Shown: positions 51,251 through 62,888 of the stretch, one piece after another
Layout: each line of letters opens with the position of its first letter
How positions within the stretch are numbered: position 1 is the stretch's first letter
Assembly (NCBI GenBank): GCA_013265495.1
Contig: MU058451.1
Span: 2,351,305 to 2,415,304, forward strand
Direction: 5' to 3'
Source of the DNA: Vicugna vicugna
Taxonomy: Eukaryota
DNA length: 64,000 nucleotides
Translations under genes and position numbers: made by a program
The notes under the pieces: generated by a model
The model's input: only the letters and a program-made list of their open reading frames with translations
Told to the model about the DNA's origin: nothing
The model's database searches: none

Positions 51251-51949
51251 GTGAATAATTAGTCTCAATTAGTCCTCACAAGTGGCACCATATTATTGCA
51301 TTCGTTTGCTGAGGTCTCTGCATGCCTATCTCCTCATGCTAAAATTGAGCAGAGTTGGGTCTTATTTGTTTTGTAGCTCCAGCGCCAACACTGGCATGGA
51401 ATTAACGCTCAATTTGTAGTCAGGAGACATGGGCTGCTTGGTTCACAAAGTCCAGCAGAGCGACCTGGAGATGTTAAGGTTGGTTGTCTGTGCTCAAATA
51501 TTGCCAAGAAATGCCTAGATTTTTCTTCCTTCTTCAAGATGGCTTCTCTGTGATGATATTTTCAGAGGGCAAAGGGACCACATGCTAACAGTAGTGAGGG
51601 GCATCTACTTTGTTAGTTCTCATTGTGTCTTCATGCAAGAAGCCTTCACAGAGTCCCCCTACCCTTTGCCTCTTAGGAGGCACTTCAGTGAGGGATGGAG
51701 AGTTTGGGTTCCTGGAAGACAAAGGATGGGGTGGAGGGTTTGTAATGAACCCAAAACTTGGGAATAAAAACGGACCAAAATCTTTATCAAGGATAAAACA
51801 GACTTCCTTATCAACTGCAAAAGAAGTCATAAGTTATAGATGAATAAGTAGGACTACAGAACTTTATAAAAATCTAGAACCTTATTCTGTCTCCAATGGT
51901 TTCACACCAAGTGGTAACAGCCGCTGTGTGACAGACAGAGGGCTGGGAT

Positions 51950-52957
51950 CTAGAATATATAAAGTAAGAAACAGAAGTTTTAAAACCCCCAAACTCCCAC
52001 AAAACCCCAAACAGTTCAACTAGAAGATGGGCAAAGGACACAAAGAGACGTTTCACCAAAGAGTATTTACAAATGGCAAATAAACACACGAAAAGATGTT
52101 CAACATTACTAGCCATTAAGACTACAATATCATCACAAACCTATTAAAACAACAGCAGTGACTACACCAAACGATGGAGAAGATTCAGAGAAACTGGATC
52201 TCTTATACATTTGTGACGGGACTATAAAATGGGTGGGTCAGCCACTCTGGAAAATAGTTTTCCAGTTTTATAAAAAAAAAAAACCAAAATATAAACTTAC
52301 TATACAACACAGCAATCATATTTTTGCACACTTATTCCAGAGAAATGAAAATTTATGTCCACACAAAAACCTGTACACAAATGCTCACAGCAGTTTTATC
52401 TGTAATAATCAGAACCAGGAAACAACCAAAAATATCCCACCAAAGAAGAAACTGTGGTATATCCATACCAGGGAATACTACTCAGCAATACATAGGAACG
52501 AATACAATGACTTGGATGGATCTCCAGGGCATTGGCTGAGTGAAAAAAGCCGATCCCAAATGGTCAGGTACTATTATGATCCTATTTATATAACATTCTC
52601 TAAATGACAGAAGTATAGAGATGGAGAACAAATTAGTGGTTGCCAAGAGGTAGTGATGGGGGTGCAAGGAGGAGTGGGTAAAGGGTGAGACCATAAAGAG
52701 ATAGCACCAGAGAGATCTTTGTGGTGATGGAAGAGTTGTGTATCTTAATTGCGGTGGTGGTTACACGAATCTATGTATGTGATAAACTGGCCATAGACCT
52801 GCAATACACACATGCTACCAGTGTCAATATCTTGCTTTGGATATCGTACTATAGGTAAATAAAATGGAATCACTGGGGGAAGCAGAGTATACAGGACCTT
52901 TCTGTACTATCTTCACAACATCCTGTGACTCTATAATTATTTTAAAATTAAAATTAA
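51950..52957 (+). mobile_element. L1MC-like ORF2 end and 3' UTR
   Basis: agatgggcaaaggacacaaagagacgtttcacc...; ORFs resemble the L1 ORF2 end (REMKIYVHTKTCTQML). Confidence 0.85.
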
Positions 52958-53019
52958 AGACAGAACTAGGACCATGCTTTTTATAAAATTAGCACTTTTA
53001 ATTTAAAAATGAGTTAACT

Positions 53020-53500
53020 TTGAAAAATACTTCATTGTTAAGGAAAAGTCCTCCATATTGTCTTACCGTTCAAGCAACTCAGCTCACATCCTAGAAATAA
53101 CTGCTTTTAACAGTTTAGCATGCATATTCCAGATATTTTGGGTTTTTTTATATACAAATGTGAACTCTGTTTTTTTCCTCAAATGGAATCACAATGTTGC
53201 TACTTCTGCAGCTTGTTGTTTTTTTTTTTTTCCAGGTCATGATAGGACACTTTGGACATTTTTTCATGCCACCAAAAATAGCCCTCTCATTCTTTTTTAT
53301 TAGCTGCATAGAATTTTCCTGTATGGTTGTACCATTTATTCAATCAGTCCCCTACTAATAGGCATTTTGATTGTTTCTAGCTCTTACAAATAATGCTGCA
53401 ATGGATAGTCTTGTACCTCAATTTTGTGCAAATACATCTATGAGATAAATTTAAATATCTGGTATTATCAAATTGCTTTCTGAAGAAGTTGCAACAAATT
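53020..53500 (-). mobile_element. Old L1ME-like fragment
   Basis: ggcattttgattgtttctag..ttacaaataatgctgcaatggata. Confidence 0.55.
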
Positions 53501-56175
53501 GTGCATAAGAGCTGCTTTACAGAGAACAGAAAGTCATGCTGAGTCACCAGGGTGACTGGAGGGTGACCACAGGAGCTGCCCCCTCCGTTTAAGGAGAAGC
53601 CACATCTATTGAAAGTTAGCATCATGTTAGGGTTTTCTCCCACCTCCAGGTGGCTAGTTGACACTTATCTCCGTTTAGAAATGGAGCAAGAGGGTGTAGG
53701 ACTGGTCTTCCTTCTCAAGGCCGTCTGTGGCATTTCCATGAGCTGGTGAGGGAATCCAGTGCTGGGATTTTCAGCCAACACCACCCAACTTCTCTTCAAC
53801 AAGATAAATATTAAAAAATCAATCCCTTGTTTAAAATTGTCGGACCTCTCAGAGAACTTTCCAGTTAATAGTGGCTTCAGGATTTAGAGGAATGCATTTA
53901 AGGAATTCATTTACGATGTTAAAATCCTTCTTTTAATGAAGGCAATGCTCATGGAACACTATGACCATCATAAAAACCAGTGAAAACATCATTTTCCCAT
54001 GATGGCTTTACGTAATCACCCACTCCTTCTCCCAGGAGCCTCTCCCGGCTCCTCATGGTCAGCAGAACAGAGTTGAATGTGGCAACATGGCTCCCAGTGA
54101 CTTCACCACAACTCACAGTTTTAATTTCTGCTACTCCCCTCCTCCCACTTATTTCCTTTTTTGTAGTTTCAACTTGCTTGTTTACCTACATGCATAATGC
54201 TCTTTCTTACCTCTGCCTTTCTCCTTCTGCTGTCTCTGCTTGGAACCAAACGGGCTCCCCACCTGTCATAGCCTCCTGGCTTTTACTTGCAGGTCTAACG
54301 TGGACATCTTTCCTCTAGGAAACTGGCTATAGGCTTTCCCCTGGACTAGATGTCTGTTCTGTGTAGACACCCAACACTTTCTCCCTAATACTAAAATTAC
54401 CTATTTGTCTTCCCTGGTAGACTAGGAGCTCCTCAAAACTGCAGGCCATGTCTTCTCACTCATGTGTTTGCCCCCAGCACTAGCAGAGCCGGAGCAAAGG
54501 TTAGTGTGTGTCTGAGCGGCTCCACTAAATCAGCCCCACAACGCCCAGGAGTCTGACTTGACTTGAGTAACTAAGGATTCCTTCTCTCTTCCCTCAACCT
54601 GTGTTTGTGTGAACACCGAGCGTGGGCTAACTTTTGGCTAAGGGCAGTTGATGTCAAAAATCTGGAATCCCTGGCCTGTCTACCCCGCTTACAGCATGAG
54701 GGATATTAGAAATACCATTTTTATTGGTAAAATAAGTGGTACTCAGGATACATGGCTGGTTTAAAATTATATGGGACCACCTCCTTTGTGTTACTGAAGG
54801 ATAAGGATTGGCCAGACCAGCAATCTGATTCCTTCTTGGTAGCCCTTGAGGTTTACAAAGAACTCCATCATCCTGGGCCATCTACCTCCTTGGGCAATGT
54901 GCTCACCTGACCCACCTATAGGGTTGGCAGGTCTTACTGATGGGACATTGATGCATCTGCTCTGTTCTGAACCTGCTGTAGCACCTGAGTCCAGAGATAG
55001 GTTTCCCTGCATTTATAAGAACAGGTTGGATAAAAATGTTTGCACCTCTTTATTAAAAAAAAAATTGTGTTTGGGAGAACTTGGTCTAATAATGGCTTTT
55101 ATTTTAACACACCACAGGACGGCATGGTTAAACAAGACAGAGCAACCATAGCTTCTCCCATCCGGTTGCCAGAAGTGACTGATATTGACCAAAGGATCTT
55201 CAGTCAACAATCGTCCCTCCAAGAAGCACGTGCCAGGCTGGGTTTGGGGAATTTCGGGCTCTCTCAGCCACTGCCTCCCTCTTTGTTACTCCCACCACGG
55301 ACCATCCCCAACACAATTCCAGTTTAACTTGACATTAGACTAGCCCAGTTGCTGAGTGTGGAACTTTCCCAAGAAGGACCCTGGGCAAAACTCTAAAACG
55401 AACCTGCTGGGAACTTCGCACACTCCCAGTTGCAGGTATCACTGAGTTCAAGCTAGAGAAAGCAAAGGTTGGCAAAATTATCTTGGCTGACAAGAATCCA
55501 TGGATCAGGGATCATTTTGGGAAGGCTCATCTGGAGAAAAAAAAAATCCCTTATGATTTTTTGGTTGTTTAACATTTGCAAACAGGAGATACAGGTCTTA
55601 GAAGGGTTGAGAAACACTGGCCTGGATGTGCGCCCATAGTTTTCTCAGGAACTTGTATCTCAAGGAGGTCATGGACTCTTCTAAGCTCACAGAGCTGGTA
55701 AACGGCCCACCCTGACCTTGAACCCAGACTATCTGTTGCCCCTGTTGGAGTGGGACAGACTGACAACAATTTGGCTGGAGGGATGGCTACATATATTTGT
55801 TCATTGGATACTTATGGCGAGATGAGTGCCAGGCCCTGGGCCAAGTGCTGTGCCGGGCTCTGGGAATGCAGAGCTGGAGAGCCAAGCCTGCCCTGAGGTG
55901 CCCCAGGTGAATGGGAGCAGGAAACACATGTGATGAGCAGAACAGGGTGCGCCGACAACATGTTGGAGGCAGGGAGGACTTCTTGGGTGAGATGCAGCCC
56001 CAGCTTTTGTAAAGAACAAGCAGGTGTGGGAGAAAGGCACTGGGGACTGGGCCCATGTGGCAGAGGCACAGGGGTGAGAAGGAAGTGCCTGTGTGCTCAG
56101 GGTCAGCGAGGCACCAGTGTTCTGGAACAGTGAGGGGAAGCCGGGCCATCCTCATGGGAAGCTCAAGAGTGAGGC

Positions 56176-56570
56176 TGTATTAGTCTTCTGGGGCTGCGTA
56201 ACAAAACACCATGGATTGGGCAATCAGGTGCCTTAAACCATAGAAATGGACTCTCACAGCTCTGGAGGCTGGAAGTCTGAGATCAAGGTGTCAGCGGGGT
56301 TGGTTTCTCTTAAAGTCCTTCCCCTTGACTTGCTGGTGGCCGCCTTCTTGCTATATCTTTGCATGTCTTTCTCTGTGCACGCATCCCTGGTGTCTCTGTG
56401 TCCTAGTCGCCTCTTCCTAGGCAGCAGTCCAACTGGATTAGCCCCCATGCTAACAGCCTCATTTTAACTTAATCACTTCTTTAAAGGCCCTGTCTCTAAA
56501 TACAGTCCCAGTCTCGGGGTCAGGGCTTCAACACATGCATTTTGAGGGGGAAACATTTCAGCCCGTAACA
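56176..56570 (-). mobile_element. MLT1A-like MaLR solo LTR
   Basis: tgtattagtc...ctcacagctctggaggctggaagtctgagatcaaggtgtcagc...ttcagcccgtaaca. Confidence 0.88.
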
Positions 56571-57148
56571 AGGGACTTTCTGTCATTTCAAAGAGCAGGG
56601 ACTCTAGCCACGCACGAAAGTCTAGCAGACTTTCACCAGGACAGTGGTACACTCAGATCTGCGTCTTCGAAGGGGCCATACGCCCGCAGCTGGACAGTGG
56701 TGGAGGCAAGGAGACCAGCCAGAAGGCGAGCAGAGTGGACGGAGCCTTTTCTCTTCCTGACTTGATCTTTCTCCAGCTCTTCCACCACTGACAGCCCTCG
56801 TGGTCACACCGCTTTCACAGGGCACCCACCTCCACTCTCTCTGGGCCCAGGACAGACTTGTTTGGGTGCAGAGAGGCCTTTCCCGGGCGTCCCCTCACTG
56901 CCCACGGCATGAAGAGGTGTGCTGCTGGGTCCCTGCTCGGACCTGGCAGCTTGGCCTCTTCTGCCAGCACCGGACAAAGCAGCATCTCCCCAGCGGGGCT
57001 GCAGGGAGGGCCTGAGGTGGGCAGAGGCCAAAACACCCACCAAGTCACTCCGTGAAAGACAAGGGCCAAAGAAGGGCCGAGACCAGGGGCTGAGCAGGAA
57101 ACAATCCCCTGGCCACAGCCGCTGCTTAAACAGCATGCTCACCAAGCC

Positions 57149-57519
57149 AGGGGGTTACCTGTGGTCCCATGGGTTTAGGGGCTCTAGGAATTTAGACAGG
57201 GAAGAGCTAGCATGATGTTGTGTGTATTTCTGACTTAGCGCTTCTTCAGGCAAACTATTAGAAACATTGGAATTATGTTAGAAGTATAGTTGACAGACCA
57301 GCTGCTAATCTTGTTAGTCACTATGCAAATAATTTACTGCCATGGCACAAATTTATTCCTTTGATAATTGAATATCTTGATAAGAGATTTCAATATAATT
57401 TTTTAAAATCTTATGTATTTTTATTTTATGTGGGTTAATAATATTCTTCTGTGAAAAGGCCCATAGGTTTCACCAGATTGCCAAAGGGGTCCATGGCTCA
57501 AATAAGGTTACAAACCCTT
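57149..57519. mobile_element. hAT-Charlie (Charlie4-like) fragment
   Basis: cagggggtt start and tttcaccagattgccaaaggggtccatggctcaaaataaggttacaaacccttg end. Confidence 0.55.
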
Positions 57520-58339
57520 GCAGAGCGAAGGCCACGGATGACATGGAGTAGGGGTCCAAAGAGAGGAAACTAAATGCCCATTTTTACCCTCTAATCATCG
57601 GGCAGCTGGGGGCCAGGACTTCAGAGAATTCAAACTGCTCCTGAGCCACTCGAAAATTCAGGGCTTCAAAATGTAATCCAAAGACAAGAAAGGTATTTGT
57701 ATTCCTCTGATGACAGCCGTTCTTAGATTTTCATTATCCTTTTGCACACAAGACACAAGTCTGAAAACGCAAAGCCCGTTTGTAAAATGCTGATCATCGC
57801 CAGGACCCCTCTGCCTTCGGTCTTGGATGTGTTTATTTAAAACTGACCAGTGTATGCCAAACCCAGGGAAGGCTAGGGAGTGAGGGGTTTTGCTAAAATC
57901 ACACCAGAAAGTGTGTGTTCTGTCTTTACTCCAAGTGACTAGAGGCTTCTATTGTTCTGTATCAAGACACCGTGGGGTGTGGTGGCCTGGGGACCCTATT
58001 GCCAGCCATATGGGGGACGTGAGGCAAGAAGGTGATGGCATGTCAGTTACCGATCACACGCTTGCTCCTCTGAAACATCTGTGTATTACACATCCGAAGG
58101 CCAGCATGCAGGATGTGCAGACCAGGCCCAGGAGGAACTGTCCGTGAAACACCAAAAGGCCCAGCAGTCCGCGTGCTGATCCCAGATGCTGGGGAGCCAA
58201 GCATGCAGTTGGCGGGCATCTTGCTGCATTTCTCTCCCAAAGCAACTGGATAAGTGGAACAACCCTTGAACAATCCTTGAATCTCCTCCCCAGCAGCTCT
58301 TTCCTAATTCTGGCTTTCTGCTTTTGAGATGTCGTCTGT

Positions 58340-58736
58340 GTTCATCCCACTTGAACCTGCAGCCGTCAGCCCCTTTAATAGGGGTGTCTATAAAGAGCTG
58401 CCCTAAAATATGCTTTTCCAGCGCACTTAATGTCTTCCCAATTAAATCCAGATGTGAAAAGCTGAAGGAACAGTTCTCAGGACTGAACAAGATGACATAA
58501 ATCTTGCAGCTGACAGAGATCCCACTGAGCTCGGTTGGGGAAACTCACAGAGAACTTGTTTGGGGCCAGAAAAGCAGCTGGGTATAAAGACAGATGTGTA
58601 AACTCTGATTCAAAAAAATATGTTAAGAGAGAGAAAACGCTCTTCTAACATAGTGCCTACAAACAGGGCTGGTGGCTTGAAGCGGGTTGGTGGAACTCCC
58701 CCTCCCACACGCACAGCTAGATCAAAGGAGGTGAGT
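58340..58736 (+). promoter_or_regulatory. Motif-dense candidate enhancer/promoter with TATA box and downstream splice donor
   Basis: NKX-type CACTTGA/CACTTAA, four E-boxes, MEF2/CArG-like A/T boxes, TATAAA 58583-58588, GAG|GTGAGT at 58730/58731. Confidence 0.45.
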
Positions 58737-61489
58737 GAAAAGGCTTTGCTAGAAAACAGACCAACTCAGCGATGCTTCCTGGTCTTCTTAATTGCTCTTC
58801 TCAGGGAGAGGAAGGTGGGCACTCCTGACAGACCTTTGCTGGAAGAGAACAAGGGCTGTTTGTGCAGCTGAGGGTTTGGCTTTTATTTTTTTAATTATCA
58901 GGTTTTGTACACTTTCCAGAAAGTTCCTTTTAAAAATAGTATATTCTTCCTCCTCTTCTCCAGATGCGAGGAAGTGCAGGTTCAACCCAAACCGTGTCTA
59001 TTTCAAAGCGACACAAAAACCCAGGGCTGGAGTTCAAGGAGTCTGGTGGCATGCTGCCCAAGGACTAAAGGCTTGGGTTTTCTCTTACCCTCCTGGTAAT
59101 TTTGTTTTTCAAGCTTAGAAAACAAATTCCACTGGAGGATGGGCTTCTGCAGGAGGCAGCGTGGAGAAGGGCAGCGTGGGCAGTGGAAGCGAGGAGCTGG
59201 GTGCGGGGAATGAGCCCAGACCGGGGTCAAGGTGGTCGCTCTGACCGACAGGTGCGCAGTGGACAAACAGCTCCCTGCCGCGTCCAGAAGGCTTGCTGTC
59301 TAGAGTGTCGGGGTCACAGTAGAGACGTGTGGTTTTCTTCCCCTCAAGAGCCTCTCTGATTATCCATTGCTTCTCTCATCCCTCTCCAGCCCCATCATGG
59401 CAGTGGCTCCACGACAGAGGACACAGTGGTCGAGACACTTGCTGTGGGCAGCTCACAAGAGCCCCTGGCCGGGCTTGGCCAGGGTCCTAAGGAGCCCTTG
59501 GCCCCCTCAGCTGAGTCTTTTCACATTTTCCTGCCATGCCTCCCACGGAAAGCCCTGATGAGAGTGCATTTCATTGACAATTTTATGACCCCGACCATTT
59601 CCTCCTGTAACAGTATCTTTAAAATGGCTCCTTGTCTTCAGGTGGGTGAGAGCAGGGCTGAGCTGTCTTTCTACTTCCTGCTGCTCAAACGTCTCAGCCC
59701 GAACAATGGGACTGAATAGCAGAAAGTGAGTTCTGGATCACAGAACTGCACACAAAACTCTGACCGCTTTTATTTTCCATCTTGAGATAAAAGCCAGAAC
59801 ATGTTTTTTAAATTGCTGTTTTACATCTTTTAGTTGGGTATTACTTTCCTGAGAGAATTCTAAGTATTGAAAAGATATCTTCAAAGATAGACAACTTCAA
59901 CTGGAAAGAAATTAATGCAAATTACAGTGTATCCTGGTGACATGCTAATTTATAGCACCGTAAAGGTACAGTTCAGAGCGCGAATGAGCCAGAAGGAAGT
60001 TGGTGGATTGATGGTTGGCAGTAAGAAAGGTTTAGAAACAGTAAAATGTAACCAGGATTTTAGTTTGGAAAGGAGCTAAAGCGTCCATTTGTTCGAAGGT
60101 ACTGAGTTTTTAATTTAAATCTGCTGTTAAAACTTAAGGCGCTTTGTATTGGTGGTTAGTAAATGACTATAAGCCGGTGTCTTTAAGGAAAAACCGCAAA
60201 AGAGCAGGAAAAATTCTCAAAGAGAAGACTCACAGCTGCAGGTTTCTCAGCAAAAGGGTAATCGCTGTATGTCACCTTTAAAATGAAATTACAAAGCAGA
60301 AAAGTTCAAAAAAAATACATCTATTTTTTGGGGGGATTAAGCAATTATTGTAAAAGGGAAAACACATTTCCATAGAGGCAAAATTCACCTGTAATAGCAT
60401 ATAAAATATTGTGTATTCATGAACCATTGCTGGCAATTATTTATCCCAAACATTTGAACCAGAGCAAGAATGTAAAAGCTGTTACTCGGTATTTTCCCGT
60501 GACTAAATAGGCATCTACCCTCTCTCCTGTGCCCAGTAGTAATGTCATTGACACCCTACATCTACACCGAAGTTGGAAACATATTCAGGAAACATATTCT
60601 TTGGATCCTGAATGCTGTCTGGGAACAACCGAGAGGCACGTTGCTACCCAAACCAAGCGGGTGAAAGTTGGCACAGGGCCTTGTCATAGCCTGAGCGCTT
60701 TGAGGCCTGAGCAGATAAACCAGTTTGAAAACCGATAGCTCTTTTTAGAAATCAGAAGGAGCAACTTTTCTTTTTCTTTTAAGAGGCAATGATTTCTTAG
60801 GGTAGGAAGATATTTTTTTTTTCCACTTCATACCAACAAGAAATATAAACTCTGGTTACCGGTAACACAAGTAACAACTTCTCTTTCTAAAAGACACAAA
60901 GCAATTAATTATGCATGCTTTTTTTTTTTTTTAAAGAAGGCATATGTCCTCGGTATGGTCAGAGCAGCCAGGTCACTCTCCCCATTGAGATGCCTGTTCC
61001 CTGACCAGATGACTTGCCCCAGCAACCGCTCCATTCCAGAGGACAGAGCTGCGGGCCCTCATCAGAACATGTGTGACCAGAAAACAAATGGGGACTTTCA
61101 CTCCATGTTGTCTTCCTTTCACTCAAGAACATCTTATTCTAAATATGTTTCTTAGAATAAAAAAACCCCCAGAATACTAGACTATTTAAAAATTAGTTAT
61201 CTTTAATAAATAAGTTATCTGTAAAATAGAGGTTATTAACTTTGTTCCTCAACAGAGCAGGCTGTAAAACAGGAATTCTGTTCACCAGTCCAAATTAGCA
61301 GCTACAAATTCTGCACTGTAGGCTGCATGTTCATTTTAAAAATGTCCATACATTCATCAAGTTGCATTTTATGACACACGCCAAAACATTAAACAGTAAC
61401 TGTGATATAACACCCACTGGACAAATATATAATTTGCAGGACCCTGAAGAATAATATTTTGTCTTGGATTATCTGGTTGCCCATTTCAT

Positions 61490-61965
61490 TTGCAGATATG
61501 ACCTAATTAAAAAATGTTAAGTGGATCTACCTTCAACTCACATATTTACTTCTGCTTTTTTTTAACCCATTTCACACCCCCTCCCCTTCCCTCCTTGCTT
61601 CTGGCAACCACCTGTCTGTTCTCTGTATCTATGAGTTTGGGTTTTTTTTAAATTCCACACATAAGTGAGATCATACAGTATTTGTCTTTCTCTGATTTAC
61701 TGCACTTAGCAAAATGCCTTCAAGGGCAATCTACATTGTTTCCAGTGGCAGGCTCTCCTTTTTATGGCTGAATAATATTCCATTGTGTGTATATACCACA
61801 TTTTCTTTATCCATTTGTCTGTCAGTGAATAGTTAGGTTGTTTCCATGCCTTGCTTTGTAAATAATGCTACACTGAACATGGGGGTGTGTATAGCTTTTC
61901 TAATTACTGTTTTTGCTTTCTTTGGAATAAATACCCAGGAGTGGAATTTCTGGGTAGTTTATTTT
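61490..61965 (-). mobile_element. L1MA-like 3' portion, interrupted and resuming at 62338
   Basis: ctggcaaccacc..tctgttctctgtatctatgagt...ataagtgagatcatacagtatttgtctttc...atacccaggagtggaatt. Confidence 0.88.
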
Positions 61966-62320
61966 TTGCTTTTCCTTTTCATTTTCAGTTTTATTAGGTG
62001 AATTGTTACAATTTTCCTGCACATATACAATATATTGCCCACAAATAATATACACAATAAACTGCACATATTTTTAAAATTGACATATATGTACTGTTCA
62101 TTGTTTCTAAGAATGTTTAGCGCTTTAGCTTTTTAAACTTACATAGTTATCAAAGGAATAAAGCCCACCACAAAATAAGAATTAATTTTAAAAGATGCAT
62201 TCACCCCACTATTAACGGCAACATTATTTATAATTGCCAAGATACGGAAGCATCCTAGGCGCACATCAGTAACTGAATGGATAAAGAAGATGCAGTATAT
62301 ATATACTGGAATACAGCCCA
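61966..62320 (-). mobile_element. TSD-flanked retroposed insertion: unique polyadenylated segment plus inverted L1 segment
   Basis: 17-bp TSD tctgggtag(t/c)ttatttt at 61949-61965 and 62321-62337; minus-strand AATAAA 61990-61995 followed by an A-rich tail; plus-strand L1 text at about 62188-62315. Confidence 0.7.
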
Positions 62321-62888
62321 TCTGGGTAGCTTATTTTAATAGTAGTTCTATTTCTAATTTTTTGAGAAGCCTCCATATTATTTTCCATAGTGGCTGCACC
62401 AGTTGATATTCCCACTCACAGTGCACAGGGTTCTCTTACACACTTACACACTTTTACTTAGACCTTATACATGTTTGCTTTCTACTTGTGCTTCTTGATA
62501 AATTTAGCGCTTTAGCTTTTTAAACTTACATAGTTATCAAAGGAATAAAGCCCACCACAAAATAAGAATTAATTTTAAAAGATGCATTCACCCCACTATT
62601 AACGGCAACATTATTTATAATTGCCAAGATACGGAAGCATCCTAGGCGCACATCAGTAACTGAATGGATAAAGAAGATGCAGTATATATATACTGGAATA
62701 CAGCCCATCTGGGTAGCTTATTTTAATAGTAGTTCTATTTCTAATTTTTTGAGAAGCCTCCATATTATTTTCCATAGTGGCTGCACCAGTTGATATTCCC
62801 ACTCACAGTGCACAGGGTTCTCTTACACACTTACACACTTTTACTTAGACCTTATACATGTTTGCTTTCTACTTGTGCTTCTTGATAA
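62116..62888. repeat. Tandem duplication with a 387-bp period
   Basis: 62116-62501 is repeated at 62503-62888 with no mismatch seen; the ORFs at 62139-62321 and 62526-62708 are identical. Confidence 0.95.

Noticed and set aside
58300..59800. Assignment of this element to a named gene or known enhancer
   Set aside because: It looks like a conserved element, but I cannot match it reliably to a specific locus without a search.
62139..62708. Two identical 60-aa ORFs
   Set aside because: A by-product of the 387-bp duplication of L1-derived sequence.
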